A stretch of DNA of 64,000 nt from Spirochaetia bacterium (GCA_965198005.1 CBDAOI010000004.1:2384549-2448548), one strand, 5' to 3'; shown: positions 19,277 through 30,738, numbered from the stretch's first letter. The notes: generated from the sequence alone by a model not told the origin. Numbers and translations: made by a program.

Positions 19277-19676
19277 CGCTGCGGCTCCGAGGCCAATCCG
19301 CGGCCGTGGCGCCGCCGAAGCCGGGTCACTCAAACTGCACGTCAGCGGACAGCACGACTACGTGGACTCGTCGATGCTCTCGAAATCTTCCGGAGCGCGA
19401 TCCATCTCTTCTGCTTGCTGACGCGTCCAGCTACCGATGACCCTACGGCCAGTTCGGCGTCGAACCCCCGTACAGTCAACTGGCGCACCGCCTCCGACCC
19501 CTTCCGTGATGCACCTGACGATTCATAATGACTCATTGGATGCCGCCTACCGATGCGTGTCAATCCCGCGTAGGCGCAGCAGGCGCAGCGACGGTCCGGT
19601 CAGGCGGCGCCCTGGCGCGCCTGACTGCCTACGGATCTTGACCCGGCAACCGCGTGGGCGATAGGTTCGGCGCACC

Positions 19677-22600
19677 ATGGCCACCGATACCCGTGCGGGG
19701 TGGGTGTTTTCCCCCGTGTCGCCGCGCGTCGACTTCGTCGCCCTGGAGCATGAGCAGCTCCGGTGGTGGCGGGACGCCGGCATCGTCGAACGCTACCTGC
19801 AGCGCAACGCCGCCGCCGAGCGCCGCCACTCCTTCATCGACGGGCCGATCACGGCCAACAACCCGATGGGAGTCCACCACGCCTGGGGGCGCACCTACAA
19901 GGACCTGTTCCTGCGCTGGCGCACCATGCAGGGGTACCGCCAGCGCTACCAGAACGGCTTCGACGGCCAGGGCCTGTGGGTCGAGGTCGAGGTCGAGAAG
20001 GAGAAAGGGTTCTCCTCGAAGCGCGACATCGAGGCCTACGGCATCGGGCGCTTCGTCGAGGACTGCAAGGAGCGGGTGCGCACGTACGCGGCCATCCAGA
20101 CCAGCCAGTCGCAGCGGCTCGGCTACTGGATGGACTGGGACGACTCCTACCACACCATGTCGGACGAGAACAACTACACCATCTGGCATTTCCTCAAGCG
20201 CTGCCACGAGAAGGGCTGGCTCTACCGGGGCACCGACTCGATGCCGTGGTGCGCGCGCTGCGGCACCGGCCTGTCGCAGCACGAGATCGTCACCGAGGGG
20301 TATCAGGAGGTCACCCACACCGCGGTGTACGTGCGCCTGCCGCTGACCGACGCCGAGGGCGAGTCGCTGCTGATCTGGACCACCACCCCGTGGACGCTGA
20401 CCGCCAACGTGGCCGCCGCCGTGCACCCCGAGCATCGCTACGTGCGCGTCCGCGTCGGCGACGAGATCTTCTACCTGGGGCGGAAGCGGATTGACCTTCT
20501 GACGGAGATGTCGGGCGATTCGAAGGCTCGGGTGGAGGGCACGGAGTCGATCAATCCGCTGGAACAAATCGGCTTGTCGAAACCCCTGGGCGTGTTGACG
20601 ATGCGGGAGCTGCTTCGCACTGGAGTCGAGTTACTCGAGGAGCTGCCCGGCAGCGCGCTGGTGGGCCGCCCCTACCGCGGTCCCTTCGACGACCTGGACG
20701 CTCAGCGCGGGGTCGAGCATCGCGTCATCCCGTGGAACGAGGTGGGCGAGGACGAGGGCACGGCGATCGTGCACATCGCCCCCGGCGCGGGCCCCGAGGA
20801 CTTCGCCCTGGGCAGGGAGCACGGTCTGGCGGTGGTCGCCCCGCTGGACGAGAACGGCTACTACGTCGACGGCTTCGGCTGGCTCACCGGGAACAGCGTA
20901 TTCGACGTGCGCGACCGCATCTTCGCCGATCTGGAGCGCAAGGGGCTGCTGTACTGCACCGAGGAGCATCGGCACCGCTATCCCTTCTGCTGGCGTTGCA
21001 ACAGCGAGCTGGTGTTCCGCGTGGTCGACGAGTGGTTCATCTCCATGGACGAACTGCGCCACACCATGATGGAAATCACCCGCAAGGTGCGCTGGATCCC
21101 GGCGTTCGGGCTGGAGCGCGAGCTGGACTGGCTGCGCAACATGCACGACTGGATGATCTCCAAGAAACGCTACTGGGGCCTGGCGCTGCCGATCTGGGCC
21201 TGCGACGGGTGCGGCAGCTTCGAGGTGATCGGCAGCGAGCACGAGCTGCAGGAGCGCGCGGTGGAGGGCTGGCAGGAGTTCGCCGGCCATTCGCCGCACC
21301 GGCCCTGGATCGACGCCGTCAAGATCGAGTGCTCCTCCTGCGGCGAGAGGAGCTCCCGCATCCGCGACGTGGGCAACCCGTGGCTGGACGCCGGCATCGT
21401 GCCGTTTTCCACCATCAAGTACCGCAGCGACCGGGAATACTGGCGCGACTGGTTCCCTGCGGACTGGATCTCGGAATCGTTCCCCGGACAGTTCCGCAAC
21501 TGGTTCTACTCCCTGCTCGCCATGAGCGCCACCCTGGAGGGGACCGAGCCGTTCAAGGCGTGCTTCACCTACGCGTTGCTGCGCGACGAGCACGGCGCCG
21601 AGATGCACAAGAGCAAGGGCAACGCCATCTGGTTCGAGGACGCCGCGGACAAGATGGGGGTCGACGTGATGCGCTGGATGTACCTGCGCCACACCCCGGC
21701 CAACAACCTCAACTTCGGCTACGCCCCCGGCGACGAGGTGCGGCGCCGGTTCCACATTCCGATCTGGAACGTCTACTCCTTCTTCGTCAATTACGCCAAC
21801 ATCGACGGCTGGCAGCCGGTGGCCGGCGCCGGCGGCTACCAGGACGTTGCGGAGTTCACCGAACTGGATCGCTGGATCCGGTCGGAGTTGCACCGGACGA
21901 TTCAGGCGGTCACCACCGCGCTCGAAACCTGGCGTCCCGAGACTGCCGCCGCGGTGCTGGAGCGGTTCGTGGACGCGCTCTCCAACTGGTACGTACGCCG
22001 CAGCCGGCGCCGCTTCTGGCGCGGCCAGCAGGGCCGGCCGGCGGCCGCCGCGACCACGTCGATCGTGGAGACCTTCCTGACCTTGTACGGCGCCGACAAG
22101 TGCGCTGCCTACCAGACCCTGTACGAGTGCCTGACCACGCTGGCAAAGCTGCTCGCGCCCTTCACCCCGTTCATCGCCGAGGCGATCTACCGCAACCTGG
22201 TGGCGGAACGGGTGTCCGGCGCGCCGCCGAGCGTGCACCTGTGCGACTGGCCGCAGGCCGACGCGGCGCTGATCGACGAGGAACTGTCGGCCGCCACCCA
22301 CCTGGCGATGCGGCTGGCGCGTCTCGGGCGCTCCGCCCGCGCCAGCGCCAACCTGCGGGTTCGCCAGCCGCTGGCCGAGCTGGTGGTCGACCTGGACAGT
22401 GAGCAGGAGCAGGCGCGTCTGTCGGTGATCCGGGCGCAGCTTCTCGACGAGCTGAACGTGAAGCGGGTGCGGCTGGCGGACGAGGTGGGCGGCCTGACCG
22501 CGGCCACGGTAAAGCCCAACTTCAAGGCCCTGGGCCCCCGCTTTGGGCGCCGAATGAAGGAGGTGACGGCGGCCATCGCCACCGCCGATCCGTCCGCCGT

Positions 22601-23597
22601 GGCTGCCCAGGTGGCATCGGGAGCACCGGTGCAGGTCGGTGAATTCGAGTTGCAGCCGGACGACCTGGTGGTCGAGACGGTGCCGCGCGAGGCCTACGCC
22701 ATCGCCGCCGAACCCGGCTCCCAAGTCGGCGTGCTCAAGGAACTGACCCCCGAGCTGCGCGCCGAGGGCATGGTGCGCGAGGCGGTGCACGTGATCAACA
22801 ACCTGCGCCGCGAGTCAGGCTTCGAGATCACCGACCGAATCGTCCTCTTCATCAATGTTGATCGCGCTTCGGACGGTCCCGAATCGCACGTGGAGGAGAC
22901 CTATCAGACGTTGGTTCGCATGGCCCACAGATTGCGCCACACGCAGGGCCGCATGGTCGACCGCATCAATCTCCCGTTCGACGCTTTCGACCGGCCCGAT
23001 CCTCTGAAGCTAGCGCTTCTTGCCAACGAAACGCAGTTCAAGGATGACGTGCTGGCGACCGAGGTCCACTACGATGCGGAGCTGCCCCGTGACGCACCGG
23101 CGAAGGAGTGCGTCATTGACGGGCATCGCGCCACCGTCGCGGTCCAGCTCTCCTGGGTCAGCCAACTGCGCGCTACAACCGATCCCGAGCACGTCGACGC
23201 GCTATTGCGTGAGCACGATCTGGTCCCGGTCGTAGAACGTCTCCGCTATCTTCGACAACTTGCCGCCGACGACCCGGACGAGCCACGGATGAAGGAAGAC
23301 TCACTGCGAGAGTTGGCTCGCTTCCTCTTGAGCGAGCGATGGCTCCCGTGTCCACAGATCGGTGTCAGTCCCGATGGACTCGCGCATGCCGAGTGGGTGC
23401 TCGCGGGCGCTGACGGCGACACGGTCGGTAACGGGATTCTGGCGATGGAGTTTCTTGGCTCCGGCTTGATCCGGTTCGCGGCTGTCTCGCCACCGTCAAC
23501 CCTGGGAGATGCGCAGCGGAAGAGGGTCAACGGTACCTTGCCGAAGGCCGAGGCGGTACAGGCGGTGCAGCCGTTCACCTCCATCCTGTGCCCATGA
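19677..23597 (+). CDS. ileS: Isoleucine-tRNA ligase (type 2) with variant motifs, insertions and C-terminal extension
   Basis: DGPITAN, GVHH (HIGH position), WTTTPWT, DWMISKKRYWG, EMHKS (KMSKS position), NWYVRRSRRRFW. Confidence 0.95.
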   Translation: MATDTRAGWVFSPVSPRVDFVALEHEQLRWWRDAGIVERYLQRNAAAERRHSFIDGPITANNPMGVHHAWGRTYKDLFLRWRTMQGYRQRYQNGFDGQGLWVEVEVEKEKGFSSKRDIEAYGIGRFVEDCKERVRTYAAIQTSQSQRLGYWMDWDDSYHTMSDENNYTIWHFLKRCHEKGWLYRGTDSMPWCARCGTGLSQHEIVTEGYQEVTHTAVYVRLPLTDAEGESLLIWTTTPWTLTANVAAAVHPEHRYVRVRVGDEIFYLGRKRIDLLTEMSGDSKARVEGTESINPLEQIGLSKPLGVLTMRELLRTGVELLEELPGSALVGRPYRGPFDDLDAQRGVEHRVIPWNEVGEDEGTAIVHIAPGAGPEDFALGREHGLAVVAPLDENGYYVDGFGWLTGNSVFDVRDRIFADLERKGLLYCTEEHRHRYPFCWRCNSELVFRVVDEWFISMDELRHTMMEITRKVRWIPAFGLERELDWLRNMHDWMISKKRYWGLALPIWACDGCGSFEVIGSEHELQERAVEGWQEFAGHSPHRPWIDAVKIECSSCGERSSRIRDVGNPWLDAGIVPFSTIKYRSDREYWRDWFPADWISESFPGQFRNWFYSLLAMSATLEGTEPFKACFTYALLRDEHGAEMHKSKGNAIWFEDAADKMGVDVMRWMYLRHTPANNLNFGYAPGDEVRRRFHIPIWNVYSFFVNYANIDGWQPVAGAGGYQDVAEFTELDRWIRSELHRTIQAVTTALETWRPETAAAVLERFVDALSNWYVRRSRRRFWRGQQGRPAAAATTSIVETFLTLYGADKCAAYQTLYECLTTLAKLLAPFTPFIAEAIYRNLVAERVSGAPPSVHLCDWPQADAALIDEELSAATHLAMRLARLGRSARASANLRVRQPLAELVVDLDSEQEQARLSVIRAQLLDELNVKRVRLADEVGGLTAATVKPNFKALGPRFGRRMKEVTAAIATADPSAVAAQVASGAPVQVGEFELQPDDLVVETVPREAYAIAAEPGSQVGVLKELTPELRAEGMVREAVHVINNLRRESGFEITDRIVLFINVDRASDGPESHVEETYQTLVRMAHRLRHTQGRMVDRINLPFDAFDRPDPLKLALLANETQFKDDVLATEVHYDAELPRDAPAKECVIDGHRATVAVQLSWVSQLRATTDPEHVDALLREHDLVPVVERLRYLRQLAADDPDEPRMKEDSLRELARFLLSERWLPCPQIGVSPDGLAHAEWVLAGADGDTVGNGILAMEFLGSGLIRFAAVSPPSTLGDAQRKRVNGTLPKAEAVQAVQPFTSILCP

Positions 23598-23672
23598 CCG
23601 GCGACGAACTGGCGGTCGCGGTCTCAAGACGAGCCGAGCATCCCGCGGTACCGTAGCGGCGCTGAGGCTCAC

Positions 23673-24411
23673 TTACAGCGACACGCCGCACCTGGCGGCG
23701 ATCGCGATCGCGAGGCCCTTGAAATCGTCGTAGCAGTCCTGCACTGCGTGAATGTGTCCGCCAAGGGCACCGTCCGCCGCTCTCAGGTGGAACATCGGCT
23801 TGCGTGCTTCCTGCGCCATCAGCATCAGGCTGCGGTAGTGCTTCAGCGTGGCCAGGCAGTTCACGTCGTCATCAGTCGACGCGGCCGACGCGGCGCTTGA
23901 ACTCACGTCATCGAGGGCTTCCGCACGATAGACTTCGGGAATCCTGCGCATCCACTTCTGGTAGGCTTGGACCGGACGCCCCGCGCGGACGGCATGCTGC
24001 ATCACGATATAGCCGGCGGGTATGATGTCGGTCGATCCGAAACGCCGCTTCGTCGCCGCCCAGACAATCGGGCCAAGCGGAGGAGAGTCTCGCCTCGAAC
24101 CGAGACAGCCCGAGATCGCCGACGATCAGGCCGAGGTTGTCATTCACTTCCTCGACGTGTGGCGGAGAAATATCACCAAGACCGCGCAGGATCGGTGAGA
24201 CCGAGCCGAGGATGCTGTGCGGATGGTCGCCGTCGGGCCACAGCTCTTCCAGCCGATCTTCGCTGAGGAACATCGTGGTCAGCTTCGCTTGGGGGTCGAG
24301 ATCGGCGGCAACCACCGATACGCCGAGCTCCGCGTACATCCACGAGAGGTGGTACCCCAGCGTGGTCTTGCCTACCCCTCCCTTGTTGTTGAAGAACGCT
24401 ATCGTGGTCAC
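23673..24411 (-). pseudogene. ParA-like (AAA_31) ATPase with internal deletion/frameshift near 24040
   Basis: FFNNKGGVGKTT, DLDPQ; the C-terminal piece LKHYRSLMLMAQEARKPMF is in another frame. Confidence 0.85.
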
Positions 24412-24986
24412 GGTTTCCTCCGTATCGTAGCCAACACGTGGGAGGGATCGAACGTGAATTCTGCAGGGAGATTGCCGTTCCTGCGCAGTGCTTCCTGTGC
24501 GCGGATGACGCCGCGCCCGAAGTGGTTGACGTAGCCCAGCGTCGCCATGGCCTCGGCGATCACGGGGTTGCGGTAGTCGGTCTGACGCGGAAAGTTCTCG
24601 GGCGATGCCATCCCATACAAGCCGCCCGGATTCTGGATATCGATGCGGTCCTGGTACCAGTAGAATTGGACCTCGACCACGGCGATCTCGCCGCCCGGCA
24701 GCGTGTGTTTCTGTACGGTGATGGCCGGGAGCGGCTCAAGGTTCACGTTGGATCGCAGCTCACCGAGACTGCGCAGGAGCGGATCGGTGACCGTCAGTCC
24801 GCTGGCGGTGCCGTCGTCGTTGACTCCGACGAGCAGGTACCCCGGTCGACGGCGATTGGGAAAGTCGTTGGCGAAAGCGCAGATTGCTTCGCAGAACTTG
24901 TCCGTATTGCGCTTGGAGGTAGTGAACTCCACTGCATCGGACTCATGATCCGCGAGCAAGGTGAGCAGTTGATCGGTGGTCAGCAT
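24408..24986 (-). pseudogene. Schlafen/AlbA_2 plus HATPase_c_4 protein with in-frame central deletion
   Basis: ESDAVEF, AICAFAN, GYLLVGVNDDG joined directly to DRIDIQNPGG, YRNPVIAE, FGRGV. Confidence 0.8.
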
Positions 24987-25132
24987 GCCGGGGTAGCATG
25001 ATAGCCGATCCTGCCAACTCGTAGGAAACGCCGCAGGCATCGGGCTGCTCGGCTATTGTGCTCTTCGGCGGTGAACCCTGCGCGTCGCCGAGCTGTTGGC
25101 GCAACTGGGTGCGGCGACTTGCGTGACCATGT

Positions 25133-27187
25133 TTACTCCAGCAACGCCTTCAACAGAGCGTCCGGCGTGTCCGAGTAGAACTGCACGTTGACCCTCGTTG
25201 CCATTTCGTCTGACAGCTCGAAGAGCTGCTTGCGAGCCGATACCGGGATCAGCACGGTATCCGCGCTCTTCTCGACCGCGGCTTCCACGATGCCGACGGC
25301 GTTTGCCAGTTGCTCCACCGATCCGCCGAGGTTCAGTGCTCCGACCACGATCAAGCCCCCCTTCAGGCTTTTCTCGAGGAGGGCTCCGCAGAGGGCAAGG
25401 AGTACCGGAAGGCCCAGTGACTCCCCTGCACGGTCGTTGTCCATGGCCCGCAGTTGTACCGAGAACTCCCGGGAGCGCGGCTCGCGATCGCCCACCAGCT
25501 CCCGCACCCGCGTGTAGAGGTTCTGTTCCGCGTACCTGGTGCTCTCGCGGAACGTCGGCGGCACGGGCGCATTGAGAATCTTGACGCCGCTGCCGGGGCC
25601 CGCCGTAGCTTCGATGCGGTAGAGCGAGGGACCGGTCTCGGGGCCGCCGGGGCCGATGCCCCAAACCTGACCCGGTGGCAACGGATCCGGATCGATGGCG
25701 TCATCGCTGCGCAACTCGGGCGTGGCGACGAACTTCTCGATACCGTCTTCGCCCATGGCGTAGCTGAAGTGAGTATTGCGGAACTCGCTCTTGAATACCC
25801 GTTTCTGCTGTTCCTTGACCCGGCGGCGGACTTCGAGAGCAACGCGCACCAGCTCCTCCAAGTCCTCGTCCGGAATTTCCATCTTGGGGTCCGGGTAGAG
25901 CAGCTTGAGCAGGCCGCTTACCGTCTTGTTGACCGCCGTGATATCCCGTCCGCTGAGAGCGCCGCCGTAGTTGACCCTGCCCTGGAGCGTCTGCAACCGG
26001 GAGCCGATACGCAGTCGGCTCCAGCACTCCGCCAGAAAATCGCTGACCAAGCCGAAGTGGCCGGTGAAGTGCTCGTTCGGATTGAGCTTCGGAAACTCCC
26101 AGCCTGGGACGTAAGCGTGGATCCGATCCATGAACGCGGTGTCGTCGCGCATATCTGCAGACAATGGGCTGAACAGGTGTCCAACACGCTGCTGGTGCTC
26201 TACCTCCACGTCGAGGTTGCCCACCATGGCGATGCCGCCGTCGGCGCGGATGCTCTCCTTGCCGCGCGAGAACTCACCGGACTCCATATAGCCCTTGAGG
26301 ATGTTCACGCCGTCCTTCTGGTCGAAGGAGACGCCGGAGATCTCATCGAAACACACCACGTCGTACTGGCACACGAGGCCGCGCTGACCGTTGGCGTTGT
26401 TGACGAACATCTTCGCCACGGTTGCCCTGCCGCCGGAGATCAGGTGGGCGTAGGGGGAAATCTGTTGAAACAGGTGGCTCTTGCCGGTGCCTCGTGGCCC
26501 CAGTTCGACCAGGTTGTAGTTGCGCTCGACGAACGGCGCCATGCGGATCAGCGCGATCATCTGCGCACGCTCGGAGAGCGCCGCCGGCTCCAGTCCGATG
26601 CTGCGCAGCAGAAGCCGCTTCCACTCTGCGCAGGTAAATTCATTGCGCCCCCGCAGCAGCGTACCCAACACGTCGGCCTTCGAGAGCTGAATGGCGCGGA
26701 GCCCTTCTATGGCGAACGGGCGCCCGTTCTTTTCTTGAGCGATGACGGCGTCATAGCTGAGCGTGACCTCGGCGTAAAAGCCATCGGTCAACATACGCTC
26801 GTGCTTTTTCACCAGGTAGTCGTCGATACGGACGTCCCGCAACCCTAGGCTGGGGAGTTCGGCGATCAGCGAATCGGTCTTGGCGTCGAGCCTCGCCTTG
26901 ACGATGTCGATCAGCTTGATGGAGCCTCGATCCCTGGCCCGCGCCTTGAACAGCTCTTCCTCGCCGGTGCGGACGGCTCGATCGGCGAGTTGCCGTTCGA
27001 CGATCGCCAGCCCGTCCTCGATCTCCTGCTCGTCGGTCGTGGCGCAGTAACGTCCGAGCAGAAACTCGACGACGTAGGTGGGAACCGGGTATTGGCGGCT
27101 GTACTTGCGAACCAGGTCCTTGCGGACCAGATAGCCGTCGAACGCAGTGGCCGCTCGCTGGTCCAAGTCATCCAGTTGCAGACTCAC
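25133..27187 (-). CDS. brxL: BREX Lon-related AAA+ protein BrxL
   Basis: 684 aa; VPTYVVEFLLGRYC, ELGPRGTGKSH, FDEISG, DTAFMDRIH, Lon-like C-terminal domain; coupled to pglZ. Confidence 0.93.
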   Translation of the reverse strand: MSLQLDDLDQRAATAFDGYLVRKDLVRKYSRQYPVPTYVVEFLLGRYCATTDEQEIEDGLAIVERQLADRAVRTGEEELFKARARDRGSIKLIDIVKARLDAKTDSLIAELPSLGLRDVRIDDYLVKKHERMLTDGFYAEVTLSYDAVIAQEKNGRPFAIEGLRAIQLSKADVLGTLLRGRNEFTCAEWKRLLLRSIGLEPAALSERAQMIALIRMAPFVERNYNLVELGPRGTGKSHLFQQISPYAHLISGGRATVAKMFVNNANGQRGLVCQYDVVCFDEISGVSFDQKDGVNILKGYMESGEFSRGKESIRADGGIAMVGNLDVEVEHQQRVGHLFSPLSADMRDDTAFMDRIHAYVPGWEFPKLNPNEHFTGHFGLVSDFLAECWSRLRIGSRLQTLQGRVNYGGALSGRDITAVNKTVSGLLKLLYPDPKMEIPDEDLEELVRVALEVRRRVKEQQKRVFKSEFRNTHFSYAMGEDGIEKFVATPELRSDDAIDPDPLPPGQVWGIGPGGPETGPSLYRIEATAGPGSGVKILNAPVPPTFRESTRYAEQNLYTRVRELVGDREPRSREFSVQLRAMDNDRAGESLGLPVLLALCGALLEKSLKGGLIVVGALNLGGSVEQLANAVGIVEAAVEKSADTVLIPVSARKQLFELSDEMATRVNVQFYSDTPDALLKALLE

Positions 27188-29350
27188 TCCTCACCTCCGA
27201 TGATCGTCGATTGCTTGGCGATGACCCGGCCCTCAGCGTCCAGAACGACGACGACGGCTGATGCGCCTTCAAGGTCGTCGTCAGCCACCAGCAGGCTGGC
27301 CGCTCCGGCGTCGTCGACCGGCCGCGACGTGCTGACGCTGCTCGTCGCGTCGCCCACTCGCCCGCGCAGATCAACGTGTAGCTGCCCCTCCGCACCATCG
27401 ACCCGCACGCGGCAACGCAATCCAACCCAGACGACGTCCGTGATTTTCGGGTGGGTCACGGGAGAACGCCTGGCGGCAGTGACCCGAACGCTCGGGATCA
27501 GGCTCTCCTGCAGGCTCACCCCGCCGTGAGCGTATTCGTGGCCGGCACCGAAGCAGGCGATACCGCGTGCGACCGCGACCTGCGCCTGGGCGTTCCAGTG
27601 CCAACTGACGACCGGCGTCTCCACCGTGGATTCGCCGGCGATGGCCGCGCACCGCGCCCAACGGCTCCTGGTGAGGTACTTGGGAAGATCGACCTTCGGC
27701 AGCCCGCCCGGGAGCCACAGCCAGCCGTGATCGGTTACCACCCGCACCTCACGCCAGCCGGCGGCGCAGAGCGATTCGACGCGTTCGACGAGCAACTCGA
27801 TCTGACTGTCGATCGCGGCAGCGAGGGCACCCTTCAGCGAGTGTCCGAGGCGGTCGATCTGTCCGCTTTCGGTCCACGCGCGCCCGGCCGGGTCTCCCGT
27901 GTCCGTCGCGCCAAGGTATGCGAAGCCGGCTTCGGCCAGGAGCCTACGGAATCGGTCGGGGGTGAGCGGGCGCCGGTCAGCCGCCGTCACGGGCCGGAAA
28001 TCGTCGCCCGGCGATACGCCGGTGATCCCGGCTCTTACTGGCGAAACAGCCGGCTTCGCAGTTGCCGTCACCGTGGGGAGTCCCGACCACCGAGTGGTCG
28101 CCGTCACCGAGAGCCCGCGTGTGCGCAACCGCTCGATCAGGCGCTGGGCAAGATCGAAGCGGAGACCGTCGGCGAACAGCATGACGGTCCCCGACTCGAC
28201 GTTCGTATCGTAATCGTACGACGCCTCACCGTCACGGATGGCGCCCGAATCGGTTGCCTCCAGCGACTGCAGATGAATGGCCGCAGCCTCCAACCAGGGC
28301 CGGTAGATCGCATCCAGGGCGCGGCTCACCGCACGCGTGTCGGCCGTTGTCTTCACCGCGGCCATGCTGGACAGGGCCGCGGCATCGATTTCCCAGGCGC
28401 CGGCCGCGTATGACCGGGCCATCTCCGCCGCGTTCCTGCCACCGAGTTCCTTCGACGCTCGCTCCGCGATCACCGCCAAGTGGGCAATGGCGTGGGCCAG
28501 CGGCGCCTCGTGGAGCTTCGCCCACACCCAGTCGCGCCGCTCTGCGTGCCGGTGCTCGAGTTCGATTACCCGCGCGCGCGCAGCCGGAGGCGGCTGGCCT
28601 TCAAGTTCGAGGAGAGCCCGCCGTAACTCGTCTTCATCCGTCTTGTTGTCCTGGGGCCAGGAAGATCGCTCCACGAACAGCTCGTCCGGCTTTGCGCGGC
28701 GCAGCAGTTCCGAGATGCCCCCATACAACGCCGGCGACTCTACGAAGCGGTTCCAGATCGACACCCATGCCCCTTCGCGACGGCCGAGCCGCTCCGCCGC
28801 GGCGAGCTCCCCGTCCTTCTCCGGATCGAAACCGAGAACGGCCTTGCACCGCGACCGGAACGCACTCCAGCGTGCGGCTTCCCATCCGTCCCTCACGCCC
28901 GCAGCATCGTTCAGCCATACCAGGAGGTCCCGGTCCGGATCCGAGGAAAACAGCCGGTCGAAGTCCTCGGCTTCGATGCGCCGCCCCCTGAGTGCGCGCA
29001 CCGGTGTCGTCGCCAACTCCGTCAGTGCACGCAGCATCGACCGTCGCGTATCCGCGTCGCGAGCGACATCCAGTCCGAGACCGCCGTCGTTGGACACCAG
29101 AAACGCCTCCACCGTCCAGTCTCGCCCGCTCTTCTGTGTCCAGCAGACGCCGCGGTACTGGAGTTCGACCAGCGGTTTCAGGTGGTCGGGACAGGTGTCC
29201 GCGGCGCCGAGTACCTGCCGGCTTACGGCGGGCAGGTAAATGGTCGGCGTTACATCGTCGGGAATCAGGGGAGACTCCAAGGTTCGTTCGATCATGCAAC
29301 GCAGCCAGATTGCCGGTCCCGTACGAAGCTCGGGATCGAACTCGCGTAGC
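27184..29350 (-). CDS. pglZ: BREX phosphatase PglZ (type B), N-terminus truncated
   Basis: GPAIWLRC, FADGLRFD, PTVTATAK, VTDHGW, YAHGGVSLQE; the open frame extends upstream of ATG 29295 to a junction at ~29350. Confidence 0.9.
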
Positions 29351-29369
29351 TATGCCGATATCGGCATAG

Positions 29370-29815
29370 CTGCTCGAGTTCGACCGCCGCCACGGCTGGG
29401 AAGGCTTCCGCTCGTGCGCCCACTGGCTCAACTGGCGCACCGGCCTCGACCTCGGCGCCGCGCGCGAGAAGCTGCGCGTGGCCGCCGCCCTGGCCGACCT
29501 CAACCACGTGAGCGCCGCCATGGCCTGCGGCGTGCTGTCCTATTCGAAGGTACGGGCGCTTTCTCGGGTGGCGACCCCGCGCACCGAGGCGCGGCTGCTG
29601 GCGGTGGCGTGCGGCGCGACCGCCGAGCAGGTGGAGCGGCTGGTGCGCGGCTGGCGGCGGGTGGACCGGGAGCAAGCGGCGGCCGGCGACGATGGCGCGC
29701 AGGTACGCTTGGCGCGGCGCGGGTTGAGCCTGCGGGTGGACGAAGACGGGATGGTGGTGCTGCGCGGGCGGTTGCTGCCGGAGGTGGGGGCGGTGGTGCT
29801 GCGGGCGCTGGAGGC
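29370..29815 (+). pseudogene. DUF222 (HNH-associated repeat family) fragment
   Basis: FDRRHGW...SCAHWLNWRTG...LSYSKVRALSRVATP...GRLLPEVGA. Confidence 0.8.
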
Positions 29816-30738
29816 TGGGCACGACCCGCGGTACCGTCGGCAAGTGGCGGCGACGTTTTCTGCGCGACGGTTGCGATGGCTTACTGGACGAGCCGCGACC
29901 GGGAGCGCCGCGCACGATTGGGGACGACGACGTGGAGCGGGTGGTGGTGCAAACCTTGGAGACGATCCCGGCAGGTGCTACGCATTGGAGCACGCGCTCG
30001 ATGGCCAAGGCGTGTGGGCTGAGCGCGGCGACGATAAGCCGCATCTGGCGTGCGTTCGGTCTGAAGCCGCATCGCTGCGAGACCTTCAAGCTGTCGCGCG
30101 ATCCGCTGTTCAGCGAGAAGGTACGCGACATCGTGGGTCTGTACCTGCATCCGCCCGAGCGTGCGGTGGTGTTGTGCGTCGACGAGAAGCCGCAGATTCA
30201 AGCGTTGGAGCGCAGCCAGCCGGTGCTGCCGATGCGTCCAGGGCTCCCGGAGCGGCGCACCCACGACTACCGCCGGCACGGAACCACATCGTTGTTTGCG
30301 GCCCTGGACGTAGCCACCGGTGAGGTGCTCGGCAGATGCTTCCCGCGCCACCGGGCGGTGGAGTTCCGCAGGTTCCTCGACGACATCGCCAAAGCCGTCC
30401 CGGAGGATCTCGACATTCATCTGGTGCTGGACAACTACGGCACTCACAAGACGGCGATGATTCACGATTGGCTGGTTGGCCAGCCGCGCTTCCACCTGCA
30501 CTTCACACCCACGAGCGCATCGTGGATCAACCAGGTCGAACGGTGGTTCGCGGCGATCACCGAACGGCAGATCCGGCGCGGCACGCACCGCAGCACCACG
30601 GAGCTGGAACAGGCGATAGAGGAGTACCTGAGGGTCCACAACGAGAACTCAAAGCCGTTCATCTGGACCAAGAGCGCCGACCATATCCTCGAATCACTCA
30701 AGATTTACTGCGAACGGATTTCTGAGACAGGACACTAG
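29812..30738 (+). mobile_element. IS630-family transposase, 5' truncated, right end present
   Basis: [50 protein letters not shown]; ends ACACTAG. Confidence 0.92.

Noticed and set aside
19340-19500. PIN-like (YVDSS) and antitoxin-like (RQLTVRGFD) micro-fragments
   Set aside because: Too short to call with confidence.
29478-30323. DUF222 protein with a novel C-terminus
   Set aside because: The tail is out-of-frame IS630 sequence after a junction at ~29812.
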